Positions 37,101 to 52,100 of a stretch of DNA of 64,000 bases are shown piece after piece. Numbering within the stretch: the first letter of the stretch is position 1; the number at the start of each line of letters is the position of its first letter. The notes below the pieces were generated by a model that was given only the letters and a program-made list of their open reading frames with translations, did not search any database and was not told where the DNA came from. The position numbers and the translations under genes are program-made. The DNA is from Nitrospirales bacterium (lineage in GTDB: Bacteria; Nitrospirota; Nitrospiria; Nitrospirales; UBA8639), in assembly GCA_965203295.1 (NCBI GenBank), contig CBDBCZ010000015.1, forward strand, positions 1,184,001-1,248,000. The letters run 5' to 3'.

Positions 37101-40100
37101 GTTTGAATGATGTTAGTCAAATACAATACATGCCTAGGAAGTATCGATGTTCAAGAATGGAACTTGTTATTGAAAGGCTTGTTCAGTTTGGTTGATGTTC
37201 GTCTGAAGATTAGGAAAGAAGGATATATTGAAAATTGTTAGTTTTGTTGGTCTTTAGCAAAGACTTTAAGCCAAAGTAACTAGCTACCATTGATCTGACC
37301 CTTCCCAACTGTTTAGAAAATGAACTGGTTATTCAAAGGCCTGTTTAGTTTTAATGATGTTAGTCAGATACTATACACGCTTAGGAAGTATCGATGTTCA
37401 AGAAAGGAACTGGTTATTCAAAGGCTTGTTTAGTTTGGTTGATGTTAGTCTGCAGATTAGGAAAGAAGTATTTTATAGAAAATCGTTAGTTTTGTTGGTC
37501 TCTAGGAAAGACTTTGAGCCAAAGTAACTAGCTACCGTTGATCTGACCCTTCCCAACTGTTTAGGAAAAGAACTTGTTATTCAAAGGCTTGTTTAGTTTA
37601 AATGATGTTAGTCAGATACAATACATGCTCAGGAAGTATCGATGTTCAAGAAAGGAACTGGTTATTCAAAGGCTTGTTTAGTTTGCTTGATGTTAGTCTG
37701 CAGATTAGGAAAGAAGTATTTTATATAAAATTGTTAGTTTTGTTGGTCTCTATAAAAGACTTTAAGCAAAAGTAACTAGCTACCATTTATCTGACCCTTC
37801 CGAACTGTTTAGAAAAAGAACTGGTTACTCAAAGGCCTGTTTAGTTTTGTTGATGTTAGCCTGAAGATTAGGAAAGAAGGATATTATTGAAAATTGTTAG
37901 TTTTGTTGGTCTCTAACAAAGACTTAAAGCCAAAGTTACTAGCTACCATTTATCTGACCCTTCCAAACTATTTAGAAAATGAGCTGGTTATTCAAAGGCT
38001 TGTTTAGTTTGCTTGATGTTAGTCTGCAGATTAGGAAAGAAGGATTTTATTTAAAACTGTTATTTTTTTTGTCTCTAGTAAAGATTTTAAGCCAAAGTAA
38101 CTTGCTAACCTTTTTCTGACCCTTCCCAACTGTTTAGAAAAAGAGCTGGTTATTCAAAGGCCTGTTTAGTTTTGTTGATGTTAGCCTGAAGATTAGGAAA
38201 GAAGGATTTTATTGAAAATTGTTAGTTTTGTTGGTCTCTAGCAAAGATTTTAAGCCAAAGTAACTTGCTACCCTTTTTCTGACCCTTCCTAACTGTTTAG
38301 AAAAAGAGCTGGTTATTCAAAGGCCTGTTTAGTTTTGTTGATGTTAGCCTGAAGATTAGGAAAGAAGGATTTTATTGAAAATTGTTAGTTTTGTTGGTCT
38401 CAGACAAAGACTTTCAGCCAAAGTAACTGGCTACCATTGAACTAACCCTTCCCAACTGTTTAGGAAAAGAACTTGTTATTCAAAGGCTTGTTTAGTTTTA
38501 ATGATGTTAGTCAGATACAATACATGCTTAGGAAGTATCGATGTTCAAGAAAGGAACTGGTTATTCAAAGGCTTGTTTAGTTTGCTTGATGTTAGTCTGC
38601 AGATTAGGAAAGAAGTATTTTATAGAAAATCGTTAGTTTTGTTGGTCTCTAGCAAAGACTTTCAGCCAAAGTAACTAGCTACCATTCATCTGACCCTTCC
38701 CAACTGTTTAGGAAAAGAACTGGTTATTCAAAGGCTTGATTAGTTTTAATGATTTCAGTCGGATACAATACATGTTTAGGAAGTGTCGATATTCAAGAAA
38801 GGAACTGGTTATTCAAAGGCTTGTTTAGTTTGGTTGATGTTAGTCTGAAGATTAGGAAAGAAGGATTTTATTGAAAATTGTTAGTTTTTTTTGTCTCAGG
38901 CAAAGACTTTCAGCCAAAGTAACTAGCTACCATTGATCTGACCCTTCCTAACTGTTTAGGAAAAGAACTGGTTATTCAAAGGCTTGTTTAGTTTGGTTGA
39001 TGTTAGTCTGAAGATTAGGAAAGAAGGATTTTATTTAAAATTGTTAGTTTTTTTGTCTCTAGCAAAGATTTTAAGCCAAAGTAACTTGCTACCCTTTTTC
39101 TGACCCTTCCCAACTTTTTAGAAAAAGAGCTGGTTATTCAAAGGCCTGTTTAGTTTTGTTGATGTTAGCCTGAAGATTAGGAAAGAAGGATTTTATTGAA
39201 AATTGTTAGTTTTGTTTGTCTCAGGCAAAGACTTTCAGCCAAAGTAACTGGCTACCATTGATCCGACCCTTTCCAACTGTTTAGGAAAAGAACTTGTTAT
39301 TCAAAGGCTTGTTTAGTTTGAATGATGTTAATCAGATACAATACATGCTTAGGAAGTATCGCTGTTCAAGAAAGGAACTGGTTATTCAAAGGCTTGTTTA
39401 GTTTGGTTGTTGTTTGTCTGAAGATTAGGAAAAAAGGATTTTATTCAAAATCGTTATTTTTGTTGGTCTCAGGCAAAGACTTTCAGCCAAAGTAACTGTC
39501 TACCATTGATCTGACCCTTCCCAAATGTTTAGGAAAAGAACTTGTTATTCAAAGGCTTGTTTAGTTTGAATGATGTTAGTCAGATACAATACATGCTTAG
39601 GAAGTATCGATGTTCAAGAAAGTAACTGGTTATTCAAAGGCTTGTTTAGTTTGGTTGATGTTAGTCTGCAGATTAGGAAAGAAGTATTTTATTTTTTTTC
39701 AGCCAAAGTATCTTGCTACCATTGATATTACCCCTCCCAACTGTCTTGGAAAAGAACTGGTTTATGATTCAATCATTTGTTTAGTTTAAATGATGTTTGT
39801 CAGATACAATACATACATGTTTAGAAGGTAAGGGTTTTCACTAATAATTGGTACAATTTTAGCTTTATTGGTCTCAGGAAACTTTCAGTCAAAACAACTA
39901 GCTACCATTGATCTGACCCTTCCCAACTGTCTAGGAAAGAAATTGGTTTAAGATTTAATAGCTTGTTTAGTTTGAATGATGTTTGTCGGATACAATACAT
40001 GCTTAGGAATTATTGATGTTCAAGACCGGAACTGGTTATTCAAAGGCTTGTTTAGTTTGGTTGATGTTAGTCTGAAGATTAGGAAAGAAGGATTTCATTG

Positions 40101-43100
40101 AAAATTGTTAGATTTGTTGGTCTCTGGCAAAGACTTTAAGCCAAAGTCACTAGCTACCATTGATCTGACCCTTCCCAACTGTTTAGAAAAAGAACTGGTT
40201 ATTCAAAGGCTTATTTAGTTTGAATAATGTTAGTCAGATACAATACATACTTAGGAAGTAAGGGTTTTGACTGAAAATTATCAGTTTTATTGGTCTCAGG
40301 CAAAGACTTTCAGCCAAACTAAGTAGCTACCATTGATCTGACCCTTCCCAAGTGTCTAGGAAAGAAATTGGTGTAAGATTTAATAGGTTGTTTAGTTTGA
40401 ATGGTGTTAGTCGTATACAATACATGTTTAGGAAGTATCGATGTTCAAGAAAGGAACTGGTTATTCAAAGGCTTGTTTAGTTTAGTTGATGTTAGTTGAA
40501 GATTAGGAAAGGAGGATTTCATTGAAAATTGTTAGTTTTGTTGGTCTCAGGTAAAGACTTTCAGCCAAAGTATCTAGCTACCATTGATCTGACCCCACCC
40601 AACTGTCTTGGAAAGGAACTGGTTTATGATTCAACATTTGTTTAGTTTAAATGATGTTTGTCAGATACAATACATACTTGCTTAGAAAGTAAGGGTTTTC
40701 ACTAATAATTGGTACAATTTTAGCTTTATTAGTCTCAGGAAACTTTCAGTCAAAACAACTAGCTACCATTGATCTGACCCTTCCCAACTGTCTAGGAAAG
40801 AAATTGGTTTAAGATTTAATAGCTTGTTTAGTTTGAATGATGTTAGTCGGATACAATACATACTTAGGAAGTATCGATGTTCAAGACCGGAACTGGTTAT
40901 TCAAAGGCTTGTTTAGTTTGGTTGATGTTAGTCTGAAGATTAGGAAAGAAGGATTTCAGTGAAAATTGTTAGATTGGTTGGTCTCTGGCAAAGACTTTAA
41001 GCCAAAGTCACTAACTACCATTGATCTGACCCTTCCCAACTGTTTAGAAAAAGAACTGCTTATTCAAAGGCTTGTTTAGTTTGAAAGATGTTAGTCAGAT
41101 ACAATGCATGCTTAGGAAGTATCGATGTTCAAGAAAGGGACTGGTTATTCAAAGGCTTGTTTAGTTTGGTTGATGTTAGTCTGAAGATTAGGAAAAAAGG
41201 ATTTTATTCAAAATCGTTATTTTTGTTGGTCTCAGGCAAAGACTTTCAGCCAAAGTAACTGTCTACCATTGATCTGACCCTTCCCAAATGTTTAGGAAAA
41301 GAACTTGTTATTCAAAGGCTTGTTTAGTTTGAATGATGTTAGTCAGATACAATACATGCTTAGGAAGTATCGATGTTCAAGAAAGGAACTGGTTATTCAA
41401 AGGCTTGTTTAGTTTGGTTGATGTTAGTCTGCAGATTAGGAAAGAAGTATTTTATTTTTTTTCAGCCAAAGTATCTATCTACCATTGATATTACCCCTCC
41501 CAACTGTCTTGGAAAAGAACTGGTTTATGATTCAATCATTTGTTTAGTTTAAATGATGTTTGTCAGATACAATACATACATATTTAGAAGGTAAGGGTTT
41601 TCACTAATAATTGGTACAATTTTAGCTTTATTGGTCTCTGGAAACTTTCAGTCAAAACAACTAGCTACCATTGATCTGACCCTTCCCAACTGTCTAGGAA
41701 AGAAATTGGTTTAAGATTTAATAGCTTGATTAGTTTGAATGATGTTTGTCGGATACAATACATGCTTAGGAATTATTGATGTTCAAGACCGGAACTGGTT
41801 ATTCAAAGGCTTGTTTAGTTTGGTTGATGTTAGTCTGAAGATTAGGAAAGAAGGATTTCAGTTAAAATTGTTAGATTGGTTGGTCTCTGGCAAAGACTTT
41901 AAGCCAAAGTCACTAACTACCATTGATCTGACCCTTCCCAACTGTTTAGAAAAAGAACTGGTTATTCAAAGGCTTGTTTAGTTTGAATGATGTTAGTCAG
42001 ATACAATACACGCTTAGGAAGTATCGATGTTCAAGAAAGGAACTTGTTATTCAAGGGCTTGTTTGGTTTCGTTCATGTTAGTCTGAAGATTAGGAAAGAA
42101 GGATTTTAATGAAAATTATTAGTTTTGTTGGTCTCTAACAAAGACTTTAAGCCAAAGTTACTACCTACCTTTGATCTGACCCTTCCCAACTGTTTAGAAA
42201 AAGAGCTGGTTATTCAAAAGCTTGTTTAGTTTGAATGACGTTAGTCTGAAGATTAGGAAAGAAGGATTTTATTGAAAATTATTAGTTTTGTTGATCTCTA
42301 GCAAAGACTTTAAGCCAATGTTACTAGCTACCTTTGATCTGACCCTTCCCAACTGTTTAGAAAAAGAGCTGGTTATTCAAAAGCTTGTTTAGTTTGAATG
42401 ATGTTAGTCTGAAGATTAGGAAAGAAGGATTTTATTGAAAATTGTTAGTTTTGTTGGTTTCTAGCAAAGACTTTAAGCCAAAGTCACTAGCTACCATTGA
42501 TCTGACCCTTCCCAACTGTTTAGAAAAAGAGCTGGTTATTCAAAGGCTTGTTTTGTTTGAATGATATTAGTCAGATACAATACATGCTTAGGAAGTATCA
42601 ATGTTCAAGAAAGGAACTGGTTATTCAAAGGCTTGTTTAGTTTGGTTGATGTTAGTTTGCAGATTAGGAAAGAAGGATTTTATTTAAAATTGTTAGTTTT
42701 TTAGTCTATAGCAAAGACTTTAAGCCAAAGTAACTTGCTACCATTTATCTGACCCTTCCCAACTGTTTAGGAAAAGAACTGGTTATTCAAAGGCTTATTT
42801 AGTTTGAATGATGTTAGTCATATACAATACACGCTTAGGAAGTATCGATGTTCAAGAAAGGAACTTGTTATTCAAAGGCTTGTTTAGTTTGAATGATGTT
42901 AGTCAGATACAATACATGCTTAGGAAGTATCAATGTTCAAGAAAGGAACTGGTTATTCAAATGCTTATTTTGTTTGCTTGATTTTAGTCTGCAGATTAGG
43001 AAAGAAGTATTTTATAGAAAATCGTTAGTTTTGTTCTTCTCTAGGAAAGACTTTGAGCCAAAGTAACTGGCTACCATTGATCTGACCCTTCCCAACTGTT

Positions 43101-46100
43101 TAGGAAAAGAACTGGTTATTCAAAGGCTGGTTTAGTTTTAATGATGTTAGTCAGATACAATACATGCTTAGGAAGTATCGCTGTTCAAGAAAGGAACTGG
43201 TTATTCAAAGGCTTGATTAGTTTTAATGATTTTAGTCGGATGCAATACATGTTTAGGAAGTGTCGATGTTCAAGAAAGGAACTGGTTATTCAAAGGCTTG
43301 TTTAGTTTGAGTCATGTTAGTCTGAAGATTAGGAAAGAAGGATTTTATTGAAAATTGTTAGTTTTGTTGGTCTCTAGCAAAGACTTTAAGCCAAAGTTAC
43401 TACCTACCATTTATCTGACCCTTCCGAACTATTTAGAAAATGAGCTGGTTATTTAAAGGCTTGTTTTGTTTGAATGATATTAGTCAGATTCAATACATGC
43501 TTAGGAAGTATCAATGTTCAAGAAAGGAACTGGTTATTCAAAGGCTTGTTTAGTTTGGTTGAAGTTAGTTTGCAGATTAGGAAAGAAGGATTTTATTTAA
43601 AATTGTTAGTTTTTTTGTCTCTAGCAAAGACTTTAAGCCAAAGTAACTTGCAACCATTTATCTGACCTTACTAACTGTTTAGAAAAAGAACTGTTTATTC
43701 AAAGGCCTGTTTAGTTTGGTTGATGTTAGCCTGAAGATAAGGAAAGAAGGATTTTATTGAAAATTGTTAGTTTTGTTGGTCTCTAGCAAAGACTTTAAGC
43801 CAAAGTTCTACCATTGATCTGACCCTTCCGAACTATTTAGAAAATGAGCTGGTTATTCAAAGGCTTGTTTTGTTTGAATGATATAAGTCAGATACAATAC
43901 ATGCTTAGGAAGTATCAATATTCAAAAAGGAACTGGTTATTCAAAGGCTTGTTTAGTTTGGTTGATGTTAGTCTGAAGATTAGGAAAGAAGGATTTTATT
44001 TAAAATTGTTAGTTTTGTTTGTCTCAGGCAAAGACTTTCAGCCAAAGTAACTGGCTACCATTGATCTGACCCTTCCCAATTGTTTAGGAAAACAACTGGT
44101 TATTCAAAGGCTTGTTTAGTTTTAATGATGTTAGTCTGAAGATTAGGAAAGAATGATTTTATTGAAAATAGTTAGTTTTGTTGGTCTCAGGCAAAAACTT
44201 TCAGCCAAAGTAACTTGCTACCATTGATCTGACCCTTCCCAACTGTTTAGGAAAAGAACTGGTTATTCAAAGGTTTGTTTAGTTTGAATGATGTTAGTCT
44301 GAAGATTAGGAATGAAGGATTTTATTGAAAATTGTTAGTTTTGTTGGTCTCTAGCAAAGACTTTAAGCCAAAGTAACTAGCTACCATTTATCTGACCTTT
44401 CCCAACTGTTTAGAAAAAGAACTAGTTATTCAAAGGGCTGTTTAGTTTGGTTGATGTTAGCCTGAAGATTAGGAAAGAAGGATTTTATTGAAAATTGTTA
44501 GTTTTGTTGGTCTCTTGCAATGACTTTAATTAAGCCAAATTTACTAGCTACCATCAATCTGACCTTTCCGAACTGTTTAGAAAAAGTCCTGGTTATTCAA
44601 AGGCTTGTTTTGTTTGAATGATATTAGTCTGAAGATTAGGAAAGAAAGATTTTATTGAAAATTGTTAGTTTTGTTGGTCTCAGGCAAAGACTTTCAGCCA
44701 AAGTAACTGGCTACCATTGATCTGACCCTTCCCTGCTGTTTAGGAAAAGAACTGGTTATTCAAAGCTTGATTAGTTTAAATGATGTTAGTCGGATACAAT
44801 ACATGTTTAGGATGTGGCGATGTTCAAGAAAGGAACTGGTTATTCAAAGGCTTGTTTAGTTTGGTTGATGTTAGTCTGAAGATTAGAAAAGAAGGATTTT
44901 ATTGAAAATTGTTAGTTTTGTATGTCTCAGGCAAAGACTTTCAGCAAAAGTAACTAGCTACCATTGATCTGACCCTTCCTAACTGTTTAGGAAAATAACT
45001 GGTTATTCAAAGGCTTGTTTAGTTTGAATGATGTTAGTCTGAAGATTAGGAAAGAAGGATTTTATTGAAAATTGTTAGTTTTGTTGGTCTCTAGGAAAGA
45101 CTTTAAGCCAAAGTAACTAGCTACCATTTATCTGACCCTTCCCAACTGTTTAGAAAAAGAACTGGTTATTCAAAGGCCTGTTTAGTTTTGTTGATGTTAG
45201 CCTGAAGATTAGGAAAGAAGGATTTTATTGAAAATTGTTAGTTTTGTTGGTCTCTTGCAATGACTTTAATTAAGCCAAAGTTACTAGCTACCATTGATCT
45301 GACCTTTCCGAACTATTTAGAAAAAGTGCTGGTTATTCAAAGGCTTGTTTTGTTTGAATGATATTTGTCAGATACAATACATGCTTAGGAAGTATCAATG
45401 TTCAAGAAAGGAACTGGTTATTCAAAGGCTTGTTTAGTTTGGTTGATGTTAGTCTGAAGATTAGGAAAGGAGGATTTTATTGAAAATTGTTAGTTTTGTT
45501 GGTCTCTAGCAAAGACTTTAAGCCAAAGTAACTTGCTACCATTTATCTGACCCATCCCAACTGTTTAGAAAAAGAGCTGGTTATTCAAAGGCTTGTTTTG
45601 TTTGAATGATATTAGTCAGATACAATACATGCTTAGGAAGTATCAATATTCAAGAAAAGAACTGGTTATTCAAAGGCTTGTTTAGTTTTGTTGATGTTAG
45701 TCTGAAGATTAGGAAAGAAGGATTTTATTGAAAATTGTTAGTTTCGTTGGTCTCAGGCAAAGACTTTCAGCAAAAGTAACTAGCTACCATTGATCTGACC
45801 CTTCCTAACTGTTTAGGAAAAGAACTGGTTATTCAAAGGCTTGTTTAGTTTGAATGATGTTAGTCTGAAGATTAGGAAAGAAGGATTTTATTGAAAATTG
45901 TTAGTTTTGTTGGTCTCTAGCAAAGACTTTAAGCCAAAGTAACTAGCTACCATTTATCTGACCCTTCCCAACTGTTTAGAAAAGAACTGGTTTTTCAAAG
46001 GCCTGTTTAGTTTTGTTGATGTTAGCCTGAAGATTAGGAAAGAAGGATTTTATTGAAAATTGTTAGTTTTGTTGGTCTCTTGCAATAACTTTAATTAAGC

Positions 46101-49100
46101 CAAAGTTACTTGCTACCATTGATCTGGCCTTTCCGAACTCTTTAGAAAAAGTGCTGGTTATTCAAAGGCTTGTTTTTTTGAATGATATTAGTCAGATACA
46201 ATACATGCTTAGGAAGTATCAATGTTGAAGAAAGGAACTGGTTATTTAAAGGCTTTTTTAGTTTGGTTGATGTTAGTCTGAAGATTAGGAAAGAAGGATT
46301 TTATTTAAAATTGTTAGTTTTGTTGGTCTCAGGCAAAGACTTTCAGCCAAAGTAACTGACTACCATTGATCTGACCCTTCCCAACTGTTTAGGAAAACAA
46401 CTGGTTATTCAAAGGCTTGTTTAGTTTGAATGATGTTAGTCAGATACAATACATGCTTAGAAAGTATCGATGTTCAAGAAAGGCACTGGTTATTCAAAGC
46501 CTTGTTTAGTTTGCTTGATGATAATCTGCAGATTAGGAAAGAAGTATTTTATAGAAAATCGTTAGTTTTGTTGGTCTCTAGCAAAGACTTTCAGTTAGTT
46601 TTGTTGGTCTCTAGCAAAGACTTTCAGCCAAAGTAACTGGCTACCATTGATCTGACCCTTCCCAACTTTTTAGGAAAAGAACTGGTTATTCAGAGTATTC
46701 AGAGCTTAATTAGTTTTAATGATGTTAGTCGAATACAATACATGTTAGGAAGTGTCGATGTTCAAGAAAGGAACTGGTTATTGAAAGGCTTGTTTAGTTT
46801 GGTTGATGTTAGTCTGAAGATTAGGAAAGAAGGATTTTATTGAAAAATTGTTAGTTTTGTTGGTCTCAGGCAAAGACTTTCAGCAAAAGTAACTAGCTAC
46901 CATTGATCTGACCCTTCCTAACTGTTTAGGAAAAGAACTGGTTATTCAAAGGCTTGTTTAGTTTGAATGATGTTAGTCTGAAGATTAGGAAAGAAGGATT
47001 TTATTGAAAATTGTTAGTTTTGTTGGTCTCTAGCAAAGACTTTAAGCCAAAGTAACTAGCTACCATTTATCTGACCCTTCCCAACTGTTTAGAAAAAGAA
47101 CTGGTTATTCAAAGGCCTGTTTAGTTTTGTTGATGTTAGCCTGAAGATTAGGAAAGAAGGATTATATTGAAAATTGTTAGTTTTGTAGGTCTCTTGAGAT
47201 GACTTTAATTAAGCCAAAGTTACTAGCTATCATTGATCTGACCTTTCCGAACTCTTTAGAAAAAGTGCTGGTTATTCAAAGTCTTGTTTTTTTTGAATGA
47301 TATTAGTCAGATACAATACATGCTTAGGAAGTATCTATGTTCAAGAAAGGAACTGGTTATTCAAAGGCCTGTTTAGTTTGGTTGATGTTAGCCTGAAGAT
47401 AAGGAAAGAAGGATTTTATTGAAAATTGTTAGTTGGTCTCTAGCAAAGACTTTAAGCCAAAGTTACTAGCTACCATTGATCTGACCCTTCCGAACTATTT
47501 AGAAAATGAGCTGGTTATTCAAAGGCTTGTTTTGTTTGAATGATATTAGTCAGATACAATACATGCTTAGGAAGTATCAATATTCAAAAAAGGAACTGGT
47601 TATTCAAAGGCTTGTTTAGTTTGGTTGATGTTAGTCTGAAGATTAGGAAAGAAGGATTTTATTTAAAATTGTTAGTTTTGTTTGTCTCAGGCAAAGACTT
47701 TCAGCCAAAGTAACTGGCTACCATTGATCTGACCCTTCCCAATTGGTTAGGAAAACAACTGGTTATTCAAAGGCTTGTTTAGTTTGAATGATGTTAGTCT
47801 GAAGATTAGGAAAGAAGGATTTTATTGAAAATTGTTAGTTTTGTTGGTCTCTAGGAAAGACTTTAAGCCAAAGTAACTAGCTACCATTTATCTGACCCTT
47901 CCCAACTGTTTAGAAAAAGACCTGGTTATTCAAAGGCCTGTTTAGTTTTGTTGATGTTAGCCTGAAGATTAGGAAAGAAGGATTTTATTGAAAATTGTTA
48001 GTTTTGTTGGTCTCTTGTAATGACTTTAATTAAGCCAAAGTTACTAGCTACCATTGATCTGACCTTTCCGAACTATTTAGAAAAAGTGCTGGTTATTCAA
48101 AGGCTTGTTTTGTTTGAATGATATTAGTCAGATACAATACACGCTTAGGAAGTATCAATGTTCAAGAAAGGAACTGGTTATTCAAAGGCTTGTTTAGTTT
48201 TGTTGATGTTAGTCTGAAGATTAGGAAAGGAGGATTTTATTGAAAATTGTTAGTTTTGTTGGTCTCTAGCAAAGACTTTAAGCTAAAGTAACTTGCTACC
48301 ATTGATCTGACCCTTCCCAACTGTTTAGAAAAAGAGCTGGTTATTCAAAGGCTTGTTTTGTTTGAATGATATTAGTCAGATACAATACATGCTTAGGAAG
48401 TATCAATATTCAAGAAAGAAACTGGTTATTCAAAGGCTTGTTTAGTTTGGTTGATGTTAGTCTGAAGATTAGGAAAGAAGGATTTTATTGAAAATTATTA
48501 GTTTTGTTGGTCTCAGGCAAAGACTTTCAGCAAAAGTAACTAGCTACCATTGATCTGACCCTTCCTAACTGTTTAGGAAAAGAACTGGTTATTCAAAGGC
48601 TTGTTTAGTTTGAATGATGTTAGTCTGAAGATTAGGAAAGAAGGATTTTATGGAAAATTGTTAGTTTTGTTGGTCTCTAGCAAAGACTTTAAGCCAAAGT
48701 AACTAGCTACCATTTATCTGACCCTTCCCAACTGTTTAGAAAAGAACTGGTTATTCAAAGGCCTGTTTAGTTTTGTTGATGTTAGCCTGAAGATTAGGAA
48801 ATAAGGATTTTATTGAAAATTGTTAGTTTTGTTGGTCTCTTGCAATAACTTTAATTAAGCCAAAGTTACTAGCTACCATTGATCTGACCCTTCCTAACTG
48901 TTTAGGAAAAGAACTGGTTATTCAAAGGCTTGTTTTGTTTGAATGGTATTAGTCAGATACAATACATGCTTAGGAAGTATCAATGTTCAAGAAAGGAACT
49001 GGTTATTCAAAGGCTTGTTTAGTTTGGTTGATGTTAGTCTGAAGATTAGGAAAGAAGGATTTTATTGAAAATTGTTAGTTTTGTTGGTCTCAGGCAAAGA

Positions 49101-52100
49101 CTTTCAGCAAAAGTAACTAGCTACCATTGATCTGACCCTTCCTAACTGTTTAGGAAAAGAACTGGTTATTCAAAGGCTTGTTTAGTTTGAATGATGTTAG
49201 TCTGAAGATTAGGAAAGAAGGATTTTATTGAAAATTGTTAGTTTTGTTGGTCTCAGGCAAAGATTTTCAGCCAAAGTAACTGGCTACCATTGATCTGACC
49301 CTTCCCAACTGTTTAGGAAAAGAACTGGTTATTCAAAGGCTTAATTAGTTTTAATGATGTTAGTCGAATACAATACATGTTTAGGAAGTGTCGATGTTCA
49401 AGAAAGGAACTGGTTATTGAAAGGCTTGTTTAGTTTGGTTGATGTTAGTCTGAAGATTAGGAAAGAAGGATTTTATTGAAAATTGTTAGTTTTGTTAGTC
49501 TCAGGCAAAGACTTTCAGCAAAAGTAACTAGCTACCATTGATCTGACCCTTCCTAACTGTTTAGGAAAAGAACTGGTTATTCAAAGGCTTGTTTAGTTTG
49601 AATGATGTTAGTGTGAAGATTAGGAAAGAAGGATTTTATTGAAAATTGTTAGTTTTGTTGGTCTCTAGCAAAGACTTTAAGCCAAAGTAACTAGCTACCA
49701 TTTATCTGACCCTTCCCAACTGTTTAGAAACAGAACTGGTTATTCAAAGGCCTTTTTAGTTTTGTTGATGTTAGCCTGAAGATTAGGAAAGAAGGATTAT
49801 ATTGAAAATTGTTAGTTTTGTTGGTCTCTTGCAATGACTTTAATTAAGCCAAAGTTACTAGCTGCCATTGATCTGACCTTTCCGAACTCTTTAGAAAAAG
49901 TGCTGGTTATTCAAAGGCTTGTTTTTTTTGAATGATATTAGTCTGATACAATACATGCTTAGGAAGTATCAATGTTCAAGAAAGGAACTGGTTATTCAAA
50001 GGCCTATTTAGTTTGGTTGTTGTTAGCCTGAAGATAAGGAAAGAAGGATTTTATTGAAAATTGTTAGTTTTGTTGCTCTCTAGCAAAGACTTTAAGCCAA
50101 AGTTACTAGCTACCATTGATCTGACCCTTCCGAACTATTTAGAAAATGAGCTGGTTATTCAAAGGCTTGTTTTGTTTGAATGATATTAGTCAGATACAAT
50201 ACATGCTTAGGAAGTATCAATATTCAAAAAAGGAACTGGTTATTCAAAGGCTTGTTTAGTTTGGTTGATATTTGTCTGAAGATTAGGAAAGAAGGATTTT
50301 ATATAAGATTGTTAGTTTTGTTGGTCTCAGGCAAAGACTTTCAGCCAAAGTAACTGGCTACCATTGATCTGACCCTTCCCAACTGTTTAGGAAAAGAACT
50401 GGTTATTCAAAGGTTTGTTTAGTTTGAATGATGTTAGTCTGAAGATTAGGAAAGAAGGATTTTATTGAAAATTGTTAGTTTTGTTGGTCTCTAGCAAAGA
50501 CTCTAAGCCAAAGTAACTAGCTACCATTTATCTGACCTTTCCCAACTTTTTAGAAAAAGAACTAGTTATTCAAAGGGCTGTTTAGTTTTGTTGATGTTAG
50601 CCTGAAGATTAGGAAAGAAGGATTTTATTGAAAATTGTTAGTTTTGTTGGTCTCTTGCAATGACTTTAATTAAGCCAAAGTTACTAGCTACCATTTATCT
50701 GACCTTTCCGAACTCTTTAGAAAAAGTGCTGGTTATTCAAAGGCTTATTTTGTTTGAATGATATCAGTCATATACAATACATGCTTAGGAAGTATCAATG
50801 TTCAAGAAAGGAACTGGTTATTCAAAAGCTTGTTTAGTTTGGTTGATGTTAGTCTGAAGATTAGGAAAGAAGAATTTTATTGAAAATTGTTAGTTTTGTT
50901 GGTCTCTAGCAAAGACTTTAAGCCAAAGTAACTGACTACCATTTATCTGACCCTTCCCAACTGTTTAGAAAAAGAGCTGGTTATTCAAAGGCCTGTTTAG
51001 TTTTGTTGATGTTAGCCTGAAGATTAGGAAAGAAGGATTTTATTGAAAATTGTTAGTTTTGTTGGTCTCAGGCAAAGACTTTCAGCCAATGTAACTGGCT
51101 ACCATTGATCTGACCCTTTCCAACTGTTTTGGAAAAGAACTGGTTATTCAAAGGCTTGTTTAGTTTGGTCAGATACAATACACGCTTAGGAAGTATCGAT
51201 GTTCAAGAAAGGAACTGTTTATTCTAAGGCTTGTTTAGTTTGGTTGATTTTAGTCTGAAGATTAGGATAGAAGGATTTTATTGAAAATCGTTAGTTTTGT
51301 TGGTCTCTAGCAAAGACTTTGAGCCAAAGTAACTAGCTATTATTGATCTGACCCTTACCAGCTGTTTAGGAAAAGAACTGGTTATTCTAAGGCTTGATTA
51401 GTTTTAATTATGTTAGTCGGATACAATACATGTTTAGGAAGTATCGATGTTCAAAAAAGGAACTGGTTATTCTAAGGCTTGTTTAGTTTGAATGATGTTA
51501 GTCTGAAGATTAGGAAAGAAGGATTTTATTGAAAATTGTTAGTTTTGTTGGTCTCTAGCTAAGACTTTAAGCCAAAGTAACTAGCTACCATTTATCTGAC
51601 CCTTCCTAACTGATAAGAAAAAGAACTGGTTATTCAGAGGCCTGTTTAGTTTTGTTGATGTTAGCCTGAAGATTAGGAAAGAAGGATTTTATTGAAAATT
51701 GTTTGTTTGGTTGGTCTCTAGCAAAGACTTTAAGCCAAAGTTACTAGCTACCATTGATCTGACCCTTCCGAACTATTTAGAAAATGAACTGGTTATTCAA
51801 AGGCTTGTTTTGTTTGAATGATATTAGTCAGATACAATACATGCTTAGGAAGTATCAATATTCAAGAAAGGAACTGGTTATTCAAAGGCTTGTTTAGTTT
51901 GGTTGATGTTAGTCTGAAGATTAGGAAAGAAGGATTTTATTTAAAATTGTTAGTTTTGTTGGTCTCAGGCAAAGACTTTCAGCCATAGTAACTGACTACC
52001 ATTGTTCTGACCCTTCCCAACTGTTTAGGAAAACAACTGGTTATTCAAAGGCTTGTTTAGTTTGAATGATGTTAGTCAGATACAATACATTCTTAGGAAG

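Noticed and set aside
46561..46710. 33-bp and 9-bp micro-duplications within the array
   Set aside because: Real but single local slippage or deletion events with no evidence of wider significance.
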